Source: an uncultured Actinomycetota bacterium (lineage in GTDB: Bacteria > Actinomycetota > Humimicrobiia > Humimicrobiales > Humimicrobiaceae). Taken from it: DNA of 64,000 nucleotides. Location: positions 15,880 through 79,879 of the forward strand of contig CAZFEN010000003.1 in NCBI GenBank assembly GCA_964517765.1. Reading direction: 5' to 3'. Both the position numbers and the translations under genes were made by a program. This document shows, one piece after another, positions 42,033 to 52,389 of this stretch. The notes below the pieces were generated by a model, which saw only the letters and a list, made by a program, of their open reading frames with translations, was not told the origin of the DNA and did no database searches. Position 1 is the first letter of the stretch. Every line of letters starts with the position of its first letter.

Positions 42033-43625
42033 TTATTCCTGCTTGCTCTTCTCAACATGCATCAATCCGTAAACGACACTGTCTTCCAGTGCCTGCCAGC
42101 TGGCTTCGATTATATTTTCAGATACTCCTATGGTGCCCCAGCTTCTCTCTCCGTCCGATGATTCGATCAGAACCCTTACAACTGCCCTGGTGCCCTTCTT
42201 CTCATTTAGCACCCTTACTTTAAAGTCAGTAAGAGTGATTTTTGACAGCGTGGGATAACGGCTTTCAATCGCCTTTCTTAATGCCCTGTCCAGAGCATTA
42301 ACCGGACCATTTCCTTCTGCTGTCTCGATTATCCTGTCTCCGTTTATCTCTACTTTAACCGTAGCTTCGGAAAGCATTCTTCCATCTTCTTTCTTCTCAT
42401 TTAATACCCTGAAACTTTCCAGTTTGAAAAACTTTTTCTTCAGTCCTGTGATTTCCTTTACCAGCAGTTCAAAACTCCCATCAGCAGCTTCGAACTGATA
42501 ACCTTTATGCTCCAGATTCTGAACCCTGCTTAAGATTTCACTTACTTTCTTTAAATCATCTTCCAGATTTATCCCGAATTCCTTTGCTTTAAGAATTATG
42601 GATTTTTTACCGGATAGTTCCGAAATCAATATTTCTCTTGTATTTCCAACTGCCTCCGGGTCAACATGTTCAAATGCTTTCGGTATTTTACTTACTCCGC
42701 TTACATGCATACCACCCTTATGAGTAAAAGCATTTCGTCCGACAAATGGCTGGCCGGGATTTAAAATCTGATTTGCGGTTTCGCTGACGAATCTTGAAAG
42801 ATTGGTCAGATGTTTGAGGTTCCCTTCTTTTAGACAACTTTTTTTTAGCTTTATTTCCAGATTGGGGATTATCTGACAAAGATCAGCATTGCCGCATCTT
42901 TCTCCATAGCCGTTTATTGTTCCATGGACCATCTTTATCCCCTTTTTTACAGCTATCAGAGTGTTTGCAACTGCGCAGCCGCTGTCATTATGAAAATGTA
43001 TCCCCAGGGTTGCTTTTACACCCTTTTTTACTTTATCTATTATCTCGGTAACATCATCCGGAAGCATTCCGCCATTTGTATCACAGAGAACAAGATAATC
43101 TGCTCCTGCTTCAAGGGCTGACTTTAAAGTTTTTACGGCATACTGAGGATTCTCTTTAAAACCATCAAAAAAATGCTCCGCATCAAAAATCACTTCCGGA
43201 AAATATTTTTTTAAATATTTTATTGTGTCAAAGATCATGCTTAAATTGTTCTCCAGAGTGGTCTCTATAACCTTTTCGGCATGAAGAGCCGATGATTTGC
43301 CTACGATACATACGCTATCCGCACCAGACTGGACCAGCTGCTTTATATTCTCATCCTCTTCTGCTTTTATATTCTTATATCTCGTCATCCCGAATGCAAT
43401 TATTTTCGAATAATCGAATTTTCTCCCTTTAAGCTTCTCGAATAATTCCATTTCTTTTGGATTGGAAGCAGGGAATCCGACTTCTATATAATCAATTCCG
43501 ATATCATCGAATCTTTCGATAAGCTGCAGCTTATCGCTTACCGAAAATGATATATCTGCTCTCTGGGCACCATCTCTAAGGGTAGTATCCAGTATGTATA
43601 CTTTATCTTTCACTTGATTGTCCAT
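42033..43625 (-). CDS. cimA: Citramalate synthase (LeuA/CimA family)
   Basis: 'DTTLRDGAQ', 'HFFDG', 'LCDTNGG', 'HFHNDSG', 'AFTHKGGMHVS', regulatory 'GNGPVNALD'. Confidence 0.85.
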   Translation of the reverse strand: MDNQVKDKVYILDTTLRDGAQRADISFSVSDKLQLIERFDDIGIDYIEVGFPASNPKEMELFEKLKGRKFDYSKIIAFGMTRYKNIKAEEDENIKQLVQSGADSVCIVGKSSALHAEKVIETTLENNLSMIFDTIKYLKKYFPEVIFDAEHFFDGFKENPQYAVKTLKSALEAGADYLVLCDTNGGMLPDDVTEIIDKVKKGVKATLGIHFHNDSGCAVANTLIAVKKGIKMVHGTINGYGERCGNADLCQIIPNLEIKLKKSCLKEGNLKHLTNLSRFVSETANQILNPGQPFVGRNAFTHKGGMHVSGVSKIPKAFEHVDPEAVGNTREILISELSGKKSIILKAKEFGINLEDDLKKVSEILSRVQNLEHKGYQFEAADGSFELLVKEITGLKKKFFKLESFRVLNEKKEDGRMLSEATVKVEINGDRIIETAEGNGPVNALDRALRKAIESRYPTLSKITLTDFKVRVLNEKKGTRAVVRVLIESSDGERSWGTIGVSENIIEASWQALEDSVVYGLMHVEKSKQE

Positions 43626-43659
43626 TTCATTTATTAATATGTCATATTTTTAAAGTTGA

Positions 43660-44154
43660 TTACTTATTTAAATCTTCTTTTACGAAATTTATATATCCTC
43701 CGCTTTTTATTATCCCCTGTATAAATTCAGGCAGCGGATTTATTTCAAAAACTTTATCTCTCGTGATATCTTTGATTCTGCCGCTGCTAAAATCTACCTC
43801 CAGTTCATCTCCATCCTGGATAAAATTAGCAGCTTCCCTGCTTGAAATGACCGGAAGTCCTATATTTATCGAATTTCTAAAAAAAATTCTCGAGAACGAC
43901 GCTGCGATTATAGCTTTGACACCGCTTGTTTTTATAGAAAGAGGCGCATGTTCCCTTGAGGAACCGCAGCCAAAGTTATTGCCGGCAATTATGATTTTTC
44001 TTTCTTTTACTTTCTCCTTAAAATCCCTGTCAAGACCTTCTAAACAATGTGATGCCAGTTCTCTGTCATCTGAAGTATTCAGGTATCTTGCAGGTATTAT
44101 CACATCAGTATCGACATTATCTCCGTATTTTATCGCTTTTTCTCTTATAATCAT
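43660..44154 (-). CDS. leuD: 3-isopropylmalate dehydratase small subunit
   Basis: 'DNVDTDVIIPARYL', 'NFGCGSSREHAP'. Confidence 0.95.
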   Translation of the reverse strand: MIIREKAIKYGDNVDTDVIIPARYLNTSDDRELASHCLEGLDRDFKEKVKERKIIIAGNNFGCGSSREHAPLSIKTSGVKAIIAASFSRIFFRNSINIGLPVISSREAANFIQDGDELEVDFSSGRIKDITRDKVFEINPLPEFIQGIIKSGGYINFVKEDLNK

Positions 44155-45431
44155 TATATGACCTCCTCGGGTGTGGCAATTCTTCCGGCTATTGCAGAAG
44201 CTGCAGCTACGGCCGGACCGCTTAAGTAAACCTCGCTTTTAGGATGGCCCATCCTTCCCACAAAATTCCTGTTGGTTGTCGATACAGCCCTTTCACCTTC
44301 GGCAAGAACTCCCATATGTCCCCCCAGGCAGGGCCCACATGTTGGGGTACTTACCGCACAGCCCGAATTTATAAAAGTCTCTATATAGCCTTTTTTTAAT
44401 GCTTCAAGGTATATGTTTTGGGTAGCAGGAATTATTATGACCCTTATGTTTTTATCGACTTTTCTGCCTTCTAAAATTTCTGCAGAAATTTTTAAATCTT
44501 CCATCCTGCCATTCGTACAGGAACCAATGACTACCTGATCTATGTTTATATCTTTCAAATCCTCAGCATTTTTTGCATTCGAAGGAAGGGGAGGTGCGGC
44601 TACCTGTAGTTTTATATCGGAGCAATCTATGTTATAAATCTTTTCATATTCCACATCCGGATCGCTTCTGAATATTTTATAATTTCCATCGGATCTTGAT
44701 TTCAAAAACTCCCTGGTCGCTTCATCGACTTCGAATATTCCAAACTTCCCACCCGCTTCTATCGCCATATTAGACATAGTAAATCGGGAATCCATTGACA
44801 GTTTACTTACAGCAGATCCACTGAATTCCATAGATTTATAAAGTGCGCCTTCCACTCCGATGAGACCAATTGTATGAAGTATAAGATCCTTTCCTGTTAT
44901 CCATTTCTTTAAGTCTCCGCTGTACATGAATTTTATTGTTCGTGGTACCATAAACCAGAGTTTTCCCGTGGCCATTGCAACAGCCACATCGGTACTCCCA
45001 ACACCGGTCGAAGCTGCTCCCAGCGCTCCATAAGTACACGTATGAGAATCTGCTCCCACTATGAGATTACCGGGGAGTACCAGTCCAAGTTCGGGAAGCA
45101 GAGCATGCTCTATACCCATTTTTCCGATTTCAAAATAATTTTTGATCTCCTGTTCCCTTGCAAATTCTCTCATAAACTTACACTGCTGGGCCGATTTTAT
45201 ATCTTTATTGGGAGCAAAATGATCCGGTACTACGACTATCTTATCTCTGTCAAAAACTCTTCCCGTCCCAATTTTATTAAACTCCTTGATTGCGATTGGA
45301 AGTGTGATATCATTGCCGAGAACTATATCCACATCTGCATTTATGATCTCTCCTTCCGATACATGATCCCTGTCGCAGTGATAGGCAATTATTTTTTGAG
45401 TTATTGTCTGAGATTTCTGTTTATCGTTCAA
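44154..45431 (-). CDS. leuC: 3-isopropylmalate dehydratase large subunit
   Basis: 'DSHTCTYGA', Fe-S Cys in 'GSCTNGR' and 'CGPCLGGH', 'STTNRNF'. Confidence 0.95.
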   Translation of the reverse strand: MNDKQKSQTITQKIIAYHCDRDHVSEGEIINADVDIVLGNDITLPIAIKEFNKIGTGRVFDRDKIVVVPDHFAPNKDIKSAQQCKFMREFAREQEIKNYFEIGKMGIEHALLPELGLVLPGNLIVGADSHTCTYGALGAASTGVGSTDVAVAMATGKLWFMVPRTIKFMYSGDLKKWITGKDLILHTIGLIGVEGALYKSMEFSGSAVSKLSMDSRFTMSNMAIEAGGKFGIFEVDEATREFLKSRSDGNYKIFRSDPDVEYEKIYNIDCSDIKLQVAAPPLPSNAKNAEDLKDINIDQVVIGSCTNGRMEDLKISAEILEGRKVDKNIRVIIIPATQNIYLEALKKGYIETFINSGCAVSTPTCGPCLGGHMGVLAEGERAVSTTNRNFVGRMGHPKSEVYLSGPAVAAASAIAGRIATPEEVI

Positions 45432-45518
45432 CTTTAAAAATCCTTTTTCCCTTCCTGATTTTTAATTTTAGTATTTTAATTTTTTTATATTTTTCAAAAA
45501 TTAGTACTGTATATTTTT

Positions 45519-47039
45519 TCAATCGGTACTTTCTACGATTCTATTCATCGCATCAATGTAAGCCTTAATGCTTGCCTCTACAATATCTGTGCTTATACCG
45601 CTTCCCATCACTTCTGTTCCATTTGTACTTACCACTACTCTGACAGATCCCAGTGCATCTTTGCCCCCCGATACTGCTTCTATTTTATATTCTACCAATT
45701 TTGCATTCATTTTCGTTACCCTGTCTATAGCTTTAAAAGAAGCATCTACCGGACCATCACCTTCCGAAGAACCTTCATTTATTTTACCAGCTATTTCTAT
45801 ACCTACTCTGGATGAGGCACGTATATCCGAACCGCTTCTTACCTCGTAATATTTAAGCAGGAAATGTTCCGGAACTTCCCGCATTTCATTTTCTGCTATT
45901 GCCCTTACATCCTGATCATTTATTGCCCCTTTTTTCTCTGCAAGGTCCTTGAATCTTTCAAAAGCTTTTTCAAGGTCATTCTCATCAAGCCGGATTCCGA
46001 GATCTGTAAGTCTCTCCACAAATGCGTGCCTGCCTGAATGTTTACCAAGTACCAGTTTCGATGATTTTAACCCGATATCTTCGGGTTTTATGATTTCATA
46101 AGTCGATCTGTCCTTAAGCATTCCATCCTGGTGTATTCCGGCTTCATGGCTGAATGCATTTTTTCCGACTATCGCTTTATTTGGCGCTACAACGTACCCG
46201 GTAAGTGATTTTACAATACTGCTTGTTCTTATGATTTCGCCAATATTAATATCGGTATATACTCCTAAATCTTTTTTTCTGGTATCTATAATCATGGCAA
46301 TCTCTTCCAGTGAGGCATTACCGGCTCTTTCGCCAATACCATTGACGGCACATTCAATTTGCCTTACCCCGTGTTCTATTGCTATAAGTGAATTTGCAAC
46401 AGCAAGACCCAGATCATTATGGCAGTGAACACTTAATACCACGTCTTCTATCCCGGCAGTATTTTCGAAAATAAAATCTATCATTTCTCCGAATTCGTCC
46501 GGAATAGCATATCCGACCGTGTCCGGGAAATTTATTATTCTTGCGCCGTTCCTTATTGCCAGTTCAAATAATCTGCATAAAAATTCCCGGTCACTTCTGG
46601 TTGCATCCATAGCCGAGAATTCAACCAGGTCGGTATATTTAAGGCTTCTTTTTACGGCTTCCCCTGCAAGCTGCAGTACTTCTTCTCTGCTTTTCTTTAA
46701 TTGATATTTCAGGTGGATATCGGATGAAGATATAAAAGTATGTATTACTGGTTGTTCCGCACCCTTGAGAGCTTCTCCGGCCGCATCAATATCCTTGGGA
46801 TTTGCTCTGGCGAGAGCCGCGATTTTTCTATCCCTGATTTTAGCTGATATTTCTTTTACGGAATAAAAATCACCTTTTGATGATATGGGAAAACCGGCTT
46901 CTATTACGTCTACGTTTAACCTTGCGAGCTGCTGGGCTATCTCCAGTTTCTCTCTGGTATTCAGATGTATGCCCGGTGCCTGTTCGCCATCCCGTAATGT
47001 TGTATCAAATATATAAATTTTATTTTTCTTATTTTCCAT
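45519..47039 (-). CDS. leuA: 2-isopropylmalate synthase
   Basis: 'DTTLRDGEQ', 'HCHNDLGLA', 'GERAGNA', 'HEAGIHQDG'; start re-set to ATG 47039. Confidence 0.93.
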   Translation of the reverse strand: MENKKNKIYIFDTTLRDGEQAPGIHLNTREKLEIAQQLARLNVDVIEAGFPISSKGDFYSVKEISAKIRDRKIAALARANPKDIDAAGEALKGAEQPVIHTFISSSDIHLKYQLKKSREEVLQLAGEAVKRSLKYTDLVEFSAMDATRSDREFLCRLFELAIRNGARIINFPDTVGYAIPDEFGEMIDFIFENTAGIEDVVLSVHCHNDLGLAVANSLIAIEHGVRQIECAVNGIGERAGNASLEEIAMIIDTRKKDLGVYTDINIGEIIRTSSIVKSLTGYVVAPNKAIVGKNAFSHEAGIHQDGMLKDRSTYEIIKPEDIGLKSSKLVLGKHSGRHAFVERLTDLGIRLDENDLEKAFERFKDLAEKKGAINDQDVRAIAENEMREVPEHFLLKYYEVRSGSDIRASSRVGIEIAGKINEGSSEGDGPVDASFKAIDRVTKMNAKLVEYKIEAVSGGKDALGSVRVVVSTNGTEVMGSGISTDIVEASIKAYIDAMNRIVESTD

Positions 47040-47145
47040 ATAGACCAACTCACCTTTATAATATTAGAGTCCTCTGCTGCTAGATTCTTATAGAAATCTT
47101 TTCTAAAAATCTTTACTTAGAAAGAAGTTTCTTTTTTAAATCTTT

Positions 47146-48735
47146 TTAATAAAGAGTAACTATTTTTATATTTTTAAAACCTGAAAGTTTTTTAAATTCC
47201 TCAAGCATTTTAGGGGTTACCTCATTGTCCAGATTTAAACCCATTACCGCATCTCCACTCATTTTTTTTCTCCCTACATGCATAGAGGCAATATTTACGT
47301 CCAGCTTACCAAAAGCAGTTCCTATCTTTCCGATCTGACCCGGGATATCCTCATATCTTATAAATGCCATAAACTTTGAAGGAACCATATCTATTTCAAA
47401 CTTATCAATAGCAATAAATCTTGGTGTGTCTTTCTTACCGGTCGTTGCGCCGGAGATTGAAAGCTCACTTTCCTTTCCTTTACCCTCCAGAGCAATCAAA
47501 TTTATGAAATCTTTCGACTGACTGCTCTTTACTTCTTTTACTTTTAGTCCCATTTCTCTTGCCAGTAGATCGACATTTACCAGATTGATATTTTCTTCAG
47601 AATATTTTTCCAGTATCTTTACCAGAATGATCGAAGTCAATACTCTGACATCATATTCGGATACTTTTCCATAATAGCCTATCTTCAGACTGTCCAGGTT
47701 GCCTTCAAATAGATTTATAAACAAACTTCCCAGATTTTCACATAACTCGAAGAAAGGAGATAGTATATCGATCAGCTCAGGTCTTACAACAGGTGCATTG
47801 ACCGGAAATGAAGCAGACTTTCCGCCAAGGACATCTATAACCTGGTCCGCAATAGTGATTCCCGCCCTGTCCTGAGCTTCGGTGGTCGATGCTCCCAGGT
47901 GAGGTGTGCAGACTACTTCTTCAAGTTTAAAAACAGGAGAATCGGTACATGGTTCCGATTCATAAACATCCAGCGCCGCTCCGCCTATCTGTCCATCCTT
48001 GATTGCTTCTGCCAGATCTTTTTCCACAACAATGCCACCCCTTGCAACGTTTAATATTATCGTTCCTTTTTTCATTTTATAAAATGCGGCTCTGTCAAAC
48101 ATCCTCAGAGTGTCTTTATTTTTGGGTAGATGTATAGAGATAAAATCGGCCTCTTTATATATATCTTCAAGCTTTTCGGCTTTTTTTATTTCAAGCTGTT
48201 TAAATCTGTCTTCCGACACAAAAGGATCATAGGCAATAATTTTCATGCTCAGACCTATTGCTTTTTTTGCAACCAGCCCGCCAATCTGTCCGAAGCCTAC
48301 AATACCAAGCGTTTTTCCTTCTAGCTCAATACCCTTGAATTTTGATTTCTCCCATCTGCCGTTCTTAAGTGAAAAATTTGCTTCAGGGATTTTCCTTACC
48401 AGAGAAAGCATAAGAGCTATTGTATGCTCCGCAACGGTAACTGCATTACTTGTCGGAGCGTTTACTACTACGATACCTTTTTTAGTTGCTGCGCCGACAT
48501 CCACATTGTCTACTCCTATGCCTGCCCTTCCGATAATCTCGAGCTTATCAGATGCATTAATAACATCTGCCGTTAGTTTTGTGGCGCTTCTTATTATTAT
48601 GGCATTTACACCTTTAATCTCTTCTTTAAGCTTTTCCGGTGTAAGGCCTTTTTTCTCCTCAACAATAAAATGCTCCTCAAGCTTCTTTTTTGCATCAGCT
48701 GAAATCCCATCGGTTATCAATATTCTTTTATTCAT
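47146..48735 (-). CDS. serA: D-3-phosphoglycerate dehydrogenase (with ASB and ACT domains)
   Basis: 'RAGIGVDNVD', 'GFGQIG', 'NVARGG', 'PHLGAST', C-terminal ACT 'DIPGQIG'. Confidence 0.95.
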   Translation of the reverse strand: MNKRILITDGISADAKKKLEEHFIVEEKKGLTPEKLKEEIKGVNAIIIRSATKLTADVINASDKLEIIGRAGIGVDNVDVGAATKKGIVVVNAPTSNAVTVAEHTIALMLSLVRKIPEANFSLKNGRWEKSKFKGIELEGKTLGIVGFGQIGGLVAKKAIGLSMKIIAYDPFVSEDRFKQLEIKKAEKLEDIYKEADFISIHLPKNKDTLRMFDRAAFYKMKKGTIILNVARGGIVVEKDLAEAIKDGQIGGAALDVYESEPCTDSPVFKLEEVVCTPHLGASTTEAQDRAGITIADQVIDVLGGKSASFPVNAPVVRPELIDILSPFFELCENLGSLFINLFEGNLDSLKIGYYGKVSEYDVRVLTSIILVKILEKYSEENINLVNVDLLAREMGLKVKEVKSSQSKDFINLIALEGKGKESELSISGATTGKKDTPRFIAIDKFEIDMVPSKFMAFIRYEDIPGQIGKIGTAFGKLDVNIASMHVGRKKMSGDAVMGLNLDNEVTPKMLEEFKKLSGFKNIKIVTLY

Positions 48736-48794
48736 ACTTTTTTCCTCTATAAATTGTTTTCATACTTTTTATCAGATTCTCCCAATTTTATCGG

Positions 48795-49958
48795 TTATTT
48801 TAGATAATTGTTTTCCACAAATATTCTTTCGGCTTCTGATATACCCGAACCTATTTCAAGTTTATAGCCCAGTTCCCGTAATGTTATCTCCAGCGCCGAT
48901 ATCGCGACAATAATATCAAAGATCCCAACATATCCCAGATGTCCTATCCTTATGATCTTCCCGGTAAGCTTACCCTGTCCGCCTGCAATGGTCACTCCGT
49001 ATTTAACTCTCATGATCTTTGTAAGTTCTTTGGCATCTATTCCTTCAGGTACCATTATTGAAGTCACAGAAAAACCTCTTTTGGCTTCATCCTTCACTAA
49101 AAGCTGAAGTCCTATTTTTTCTATTGCTTTCTGTGTTGCCAGTGCAAGTATCCTGTGTCTTTCAAATACATTTTCGAGACCTTCCTCAAATATCATATCC
49201 AGTGCTTTGTTCATGGCTACAATTATTGATATCCCGGGAGTCCATGGTGTCTGAGGCGGTGTTTTCTGTGAATAATTTTTGGCTGCCGCCAGATCAAAAT
49301 AAAAACGGGGAGTATCTGATTTTTCATTTAGCTTCCAGGCTTTTTCACTTACACTTATGAATGCGGCCCCTGTCGGTGCACTCAGTCCTTTCTGAGATCC
49401 TCCTATCACGACATCCAGACCCCATTCATCTGTCCTGAGATCCGATGCTCCAAGCCCGCTTATCACATCCGCAATAAGAATTGCAGGATAATTTTTTACA
49501 ATATCCGCTATTGCTTTTATGTCATTTATAACACCGGTTGACGTCTCGCTAAACTGAACCATGACTCCTTTAATATCGGAATTATTATCCAGAGCTTTCT
49601 TTATATCTTCGGGATTTGCTGCATCTCCCCACTCGTAATCAAGGGAAATAACTTCCAGACCGAATTTACTGCTAATTTTTTTGAATCTTTCTCCAAAATT
49701 TCCGACACTCACAACAAGTACTTTTTCCCCTCTGGAAAAGAAGTTTGTTACTCCCGCTTCCATACCTCCTGTACCCGAAGAAGTCAGTATAAAAAGATCA
49801 TTAGTGGTTTTAAAAAGTTTTTTTAATTTTTCTGTGACCTCTATAAATATTTTTGAGAACTCCGGGGATCTATGATGCATAAGAGGTCGGGCATGTTCCA
49901 TAAGCACTTCCTCGGATATCGGAGTAGGACCCGGAGTCATTATGTATTTTTTTACCAT
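48795..49958 (-). CDS. Class-V PLP aminotransferase (probable SerC substitute)
   Basis: 'MTPGPTP', 'SSGTGGME', 'ETSTGV', PLP Lys in 'GSQKGL', 'RIGHLG'; immediately upstream of serA. Confidence 0.85.
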   Translation of the reverse strand: MVKKYIMTPGPTPISEEVLMEHARPLMHHRSPEFSKIFIEVTEKLKKLFKTTNDLFILTSSGTGGMEAGVTNFFSRGEKVLVVSVGNFGERFKKISSKFGLEVISLDYEWGDAANPEDIKKALDNNSDIKGVMVQFSETSTGVINDIKAIADIVKNYPAILIADVISGLGASDLRTDEWGLDVVIGGSQKGLSAPTGAAFISVSEKAWKLNEKSDTPRFYFDLAAAKNYSQKTPPQTPWTPGISIIVAMNKALDMIFEEGLENVFERHRILALATQKAIEKIGLQLLVKDEAKRGFSVTSIMVPEGIDAKELTKIMRVKYGVTIAGGQGKLTGKIIRIGHLGYVGIFDIIVAISALEITLRELGYKLEIGSGISEAERIFVENNYLK

Positions 49959-50064
49959 TTTTTAAGCTTCCCTTTCTAATAGCTTTGTATTAAAAATAAT
50001 ATTTTAAATATATCTTTCTTTTTATTAAGATTTTAAAATATATCTTCTTTTGTACTACTCTAAT

Positions 50065-50547
50065 TTAGCCTTTAATACCCCTGCTGCAGGCAATTTTACC
50101 GGTTCTGACCAGTTCAAGTATTCCAAACGGCCGCAGAAGATCTCCCAGAGCTCTCACTTTAGTACTGTTCCCGGTGATTTCAATCATCAAAGATTTTTTT
50201 GCAACATCCACGATATTTGCCCTGAAAACGCTTACTATTTCCAGCACTTCAGGTCTGGTTTTAGAATCAGCACTTACTTTTATTAAAACCAATTCTCTTT
50301 CAACAATGTTTAATGGATCCAGCTCCTGTATTTTTATTACATTTATTAACTTATAAAGCTGTTTAATGATTTGTTCGATGCTGTGCTCCTCCGCATTCAC
50401 TTCAAGGGTGACTCTGGAAATTTTTTCATCATCAGTAGGACCGACTGCCAGACTTTCAATGTTAAATCCCCTTCTGCTGAAAAGCCCGGATATTTTTGCC
50501 AGTACTCCTGCTTTATTCTCTACTAAAACCGATATGATATGGCTCAT
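50065..50547 (-). CDS. ilvN: Acetolactate synthase small subunit
   Basis: 'LVENKAGVLAKISGLFSRRGFNIESL', 'ELVRTG'. Confidence 0.96.
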   Translation of the reverse strand: MSHIISVLVENKAGVLAKISGLFSRRGFNIESLAVGPTDDEKISRVTLEVNAEEHSIEQIIKQLYKLINVIKIQELDPLNIVERELVLIKVSADSKTRPEVLEIVSVFRANIVDVAKKSLMIEITGNSTKVRALGDLLRPFGILELVRTGKIACSRGIKG

Positions 50548-50567
50548 AATGCTCCACCTTTCATATT

Positions 50568-52277
50568 CTATACACCTTCTAACATTTCGCTTTCTAACAT
50601 TTCACTTATCGGAGAACCCGGGGCCACCATAGGGTAAACGTTTTCTTCTCTGTCTATCCAGAAATCTACAAGGACAACGTTATTTATCTCCAGAGCCTTT
50701 TTTATGGCACCTTCGACCTCTTCCTTTTTTTTAACCCTTATACCAACCCCGCTATATGCTTCCACAAGCTTTACAAAATCTACACAATTATAGATGCAGG
50801 TCTGGGAATATCTTCTTTTAAAGAAAAATTCCTGCCATTGCCTTACCATGCCCAGATATCCATTATTGAGAAGCATTATCTTTATATTTATTTTATTAGT
50901 AACTGCCGTAGAAAGTTCCTGGGACACCATCTGAATACTGCCATCTCCAGCTATATCTATTACCGTTTTATCCGGTCTGCCGATTTTTGCACCTATCGCT
51001 GCAGGAAGTCCGAATCCCATGGTACCCAATCCTCCTGAAGAAACCAGTGTTCTGGGTTGAGTGAATTTATAAAATTGCGCTGCCCACATTTGATTCTGCC
51101 CCACTTCCGTACAGATAATGGCATCGCCTCCGGTCAGTTCATATATTTTCTCTACAACAAAAGCAGGCTTTATCTTACTGGAATTCTTATCATATTTAAG
51201 AGGGTAAGCATTCTTTAAATACTTAATCCTTGACAGCCACTCTTTCCTGTCGGGAATTCCTTTTTTTTCGATATAATTTTCATACTCGTTCTTTAAATCA
51301 GTAAGAATGATTTTTGCATCTCCCACAATAGGTATTAATACTCTGACATTCTTACCAATTTCCGCAGGATCTATATCTATGTGAATTATCTCGGCATTTG
51401 GTGCAAATTCAGATAGCTTACCAGTAACCCTGTCGTCGAATCTAACTCCTACTGCAATAATAAGATCTGCTTCGGTAAACGCAAGATTAGCATATTTGGT
51501 TCCATGCATTCCGGCCATACTTAATGACAGCTGATTGTCTTCCGGAAAAGAGCCCATTCCCAGAAGTGAAGTGATAACCGGAATTTTTGAAACCTTTACA
51601 AATTTTCTTAAAATATCACTTGCCCCCGAAGAGATGACTCCTCCTCCGGCAAAAATTACTGGCTTTTTACTTTCGGCTATTTTTTTTGCCGCCTGTTTGA
51701 CCTGTTTGAGATTGCCTTTGATTGTAGGTTTATATCCCGGAAGATATATTTCTACCTTAAAGTTTTCATCTATAAGATCTGTTGTTACATCAAGCGGAAT
51801 ATCTATCAGAACCGGACCCGGTCTACCGGTAGATGCAAGTTTAAAGGCTTCTTTTATTACTTTTGGCAGTTCCCTGACATCTTTAACAAGATAATCGTGC
51901 TTTATTACAGGTGCAACTATACCGGTTATATCCGCTTCCTGAAAAGCATCTGTACCTATCTGTGCTCTGCTTACCTGCCCGGTTATTGCCACCATGGGTA
52001 TTGAATCCATATATGCATTTGCTATACCTGTTACAAGGTTGGTTGCTCCCGGACCGGAAGTGGCAATACAAACCCCGGTTTTTCCTGTAACTCTTGCATA
52101 TCCGTCTGCTGCATGTGCCGCTCCCTGTTCATGCCTTACCAGTATATGCCTTATATCACTGTCAAACAAAGCATCATACAAGGGAATTACTTTGCCTCCG
52201 GGATATCCGAATATTACTTCTACTCCCTCTTCCTTTAAACATTTTATTATCATTTGTGCGCCGGTTATTTTAGCCAT
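50568..52277 (-). CDS. ilvB: Acetolactate synthase large subunit
   Basis: 'RHEQGAAHAADGYAR', 'TSGPGATN', 'VGQNQMW', TPP motif 'GDGSIQM..LNNGYLGMVRQWQ'. Confidence 0.97.
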   Translation of the reverse strand: MAKITGAQMIIKCLKEEGVEVIFGYPGGKVIPLYDALFDSDIRHILVRHEQGAAHAADGYARVTGKTGVCIATSGPGATNLVTGIANAYMDSIPMVAITGQVSRAQIGTDAFQEADITGIVAPVIKHDYLVKDVRELPKVIKEAFKLASTGRPGPVLIDIPLDVTTDLIDENFKVEIYLPGYKPTIKGNLKQVKQAAKKIAESKKPVIFAGGGVISSGASDILRKFVKVSKIPVITSLLGMGSFPEDNQLSLSMAGMHGTKYANLAFTEADLIIAVGVRFDDRVTGKLSEFAPNAEIIHIDIDPAEIGKNVRVLIPIVGDAKIILTDLKNEYENYIEKKGIPDRKEWLSRIKYLKNAYPLKYDKNSSKIKPAFVVEKIYELTGGDAIICTEVGQNQMWAAQFYKFTQPRTLVSSGGLGTMGFGLPAAIGAKIGRPDKTVIDIAGDGSIQMVSQELSTAVTNKINIKIMLLNNGYLGMVRQWQEFFFKRRYSQTCIYNCVDFVKLVEAYSGVGIRVKKKEEVEGAIKKALEINNVVLVDFWIDREENVYPMVAPGSPISEMLESEMLEGV

Positions 52278-52389
52278 CTTTTTTTCACTCCCTATATTTG
52301 TAACAACTTTATAACACTAAAAATGTTTTGATAATTATATCATTATTTTATTCTTTTTTAAAAAATAAAATTCTAAAAAATTTTTAAAA

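Noticed and set aside
47049-47145. Possible leuA leader/LEU element; three AAAGATTT repeats
   Set aside because: No start codon or Leu-codon run in the spacer, and short AT-rich repeats are expected by chance.
50001-50051. Imperfect ~22-nt direct repeat upstream of the class-V aminotransferase
   Set aside because: Low-complexity AT sequence; it cannot be distinguished from slippage duplication.
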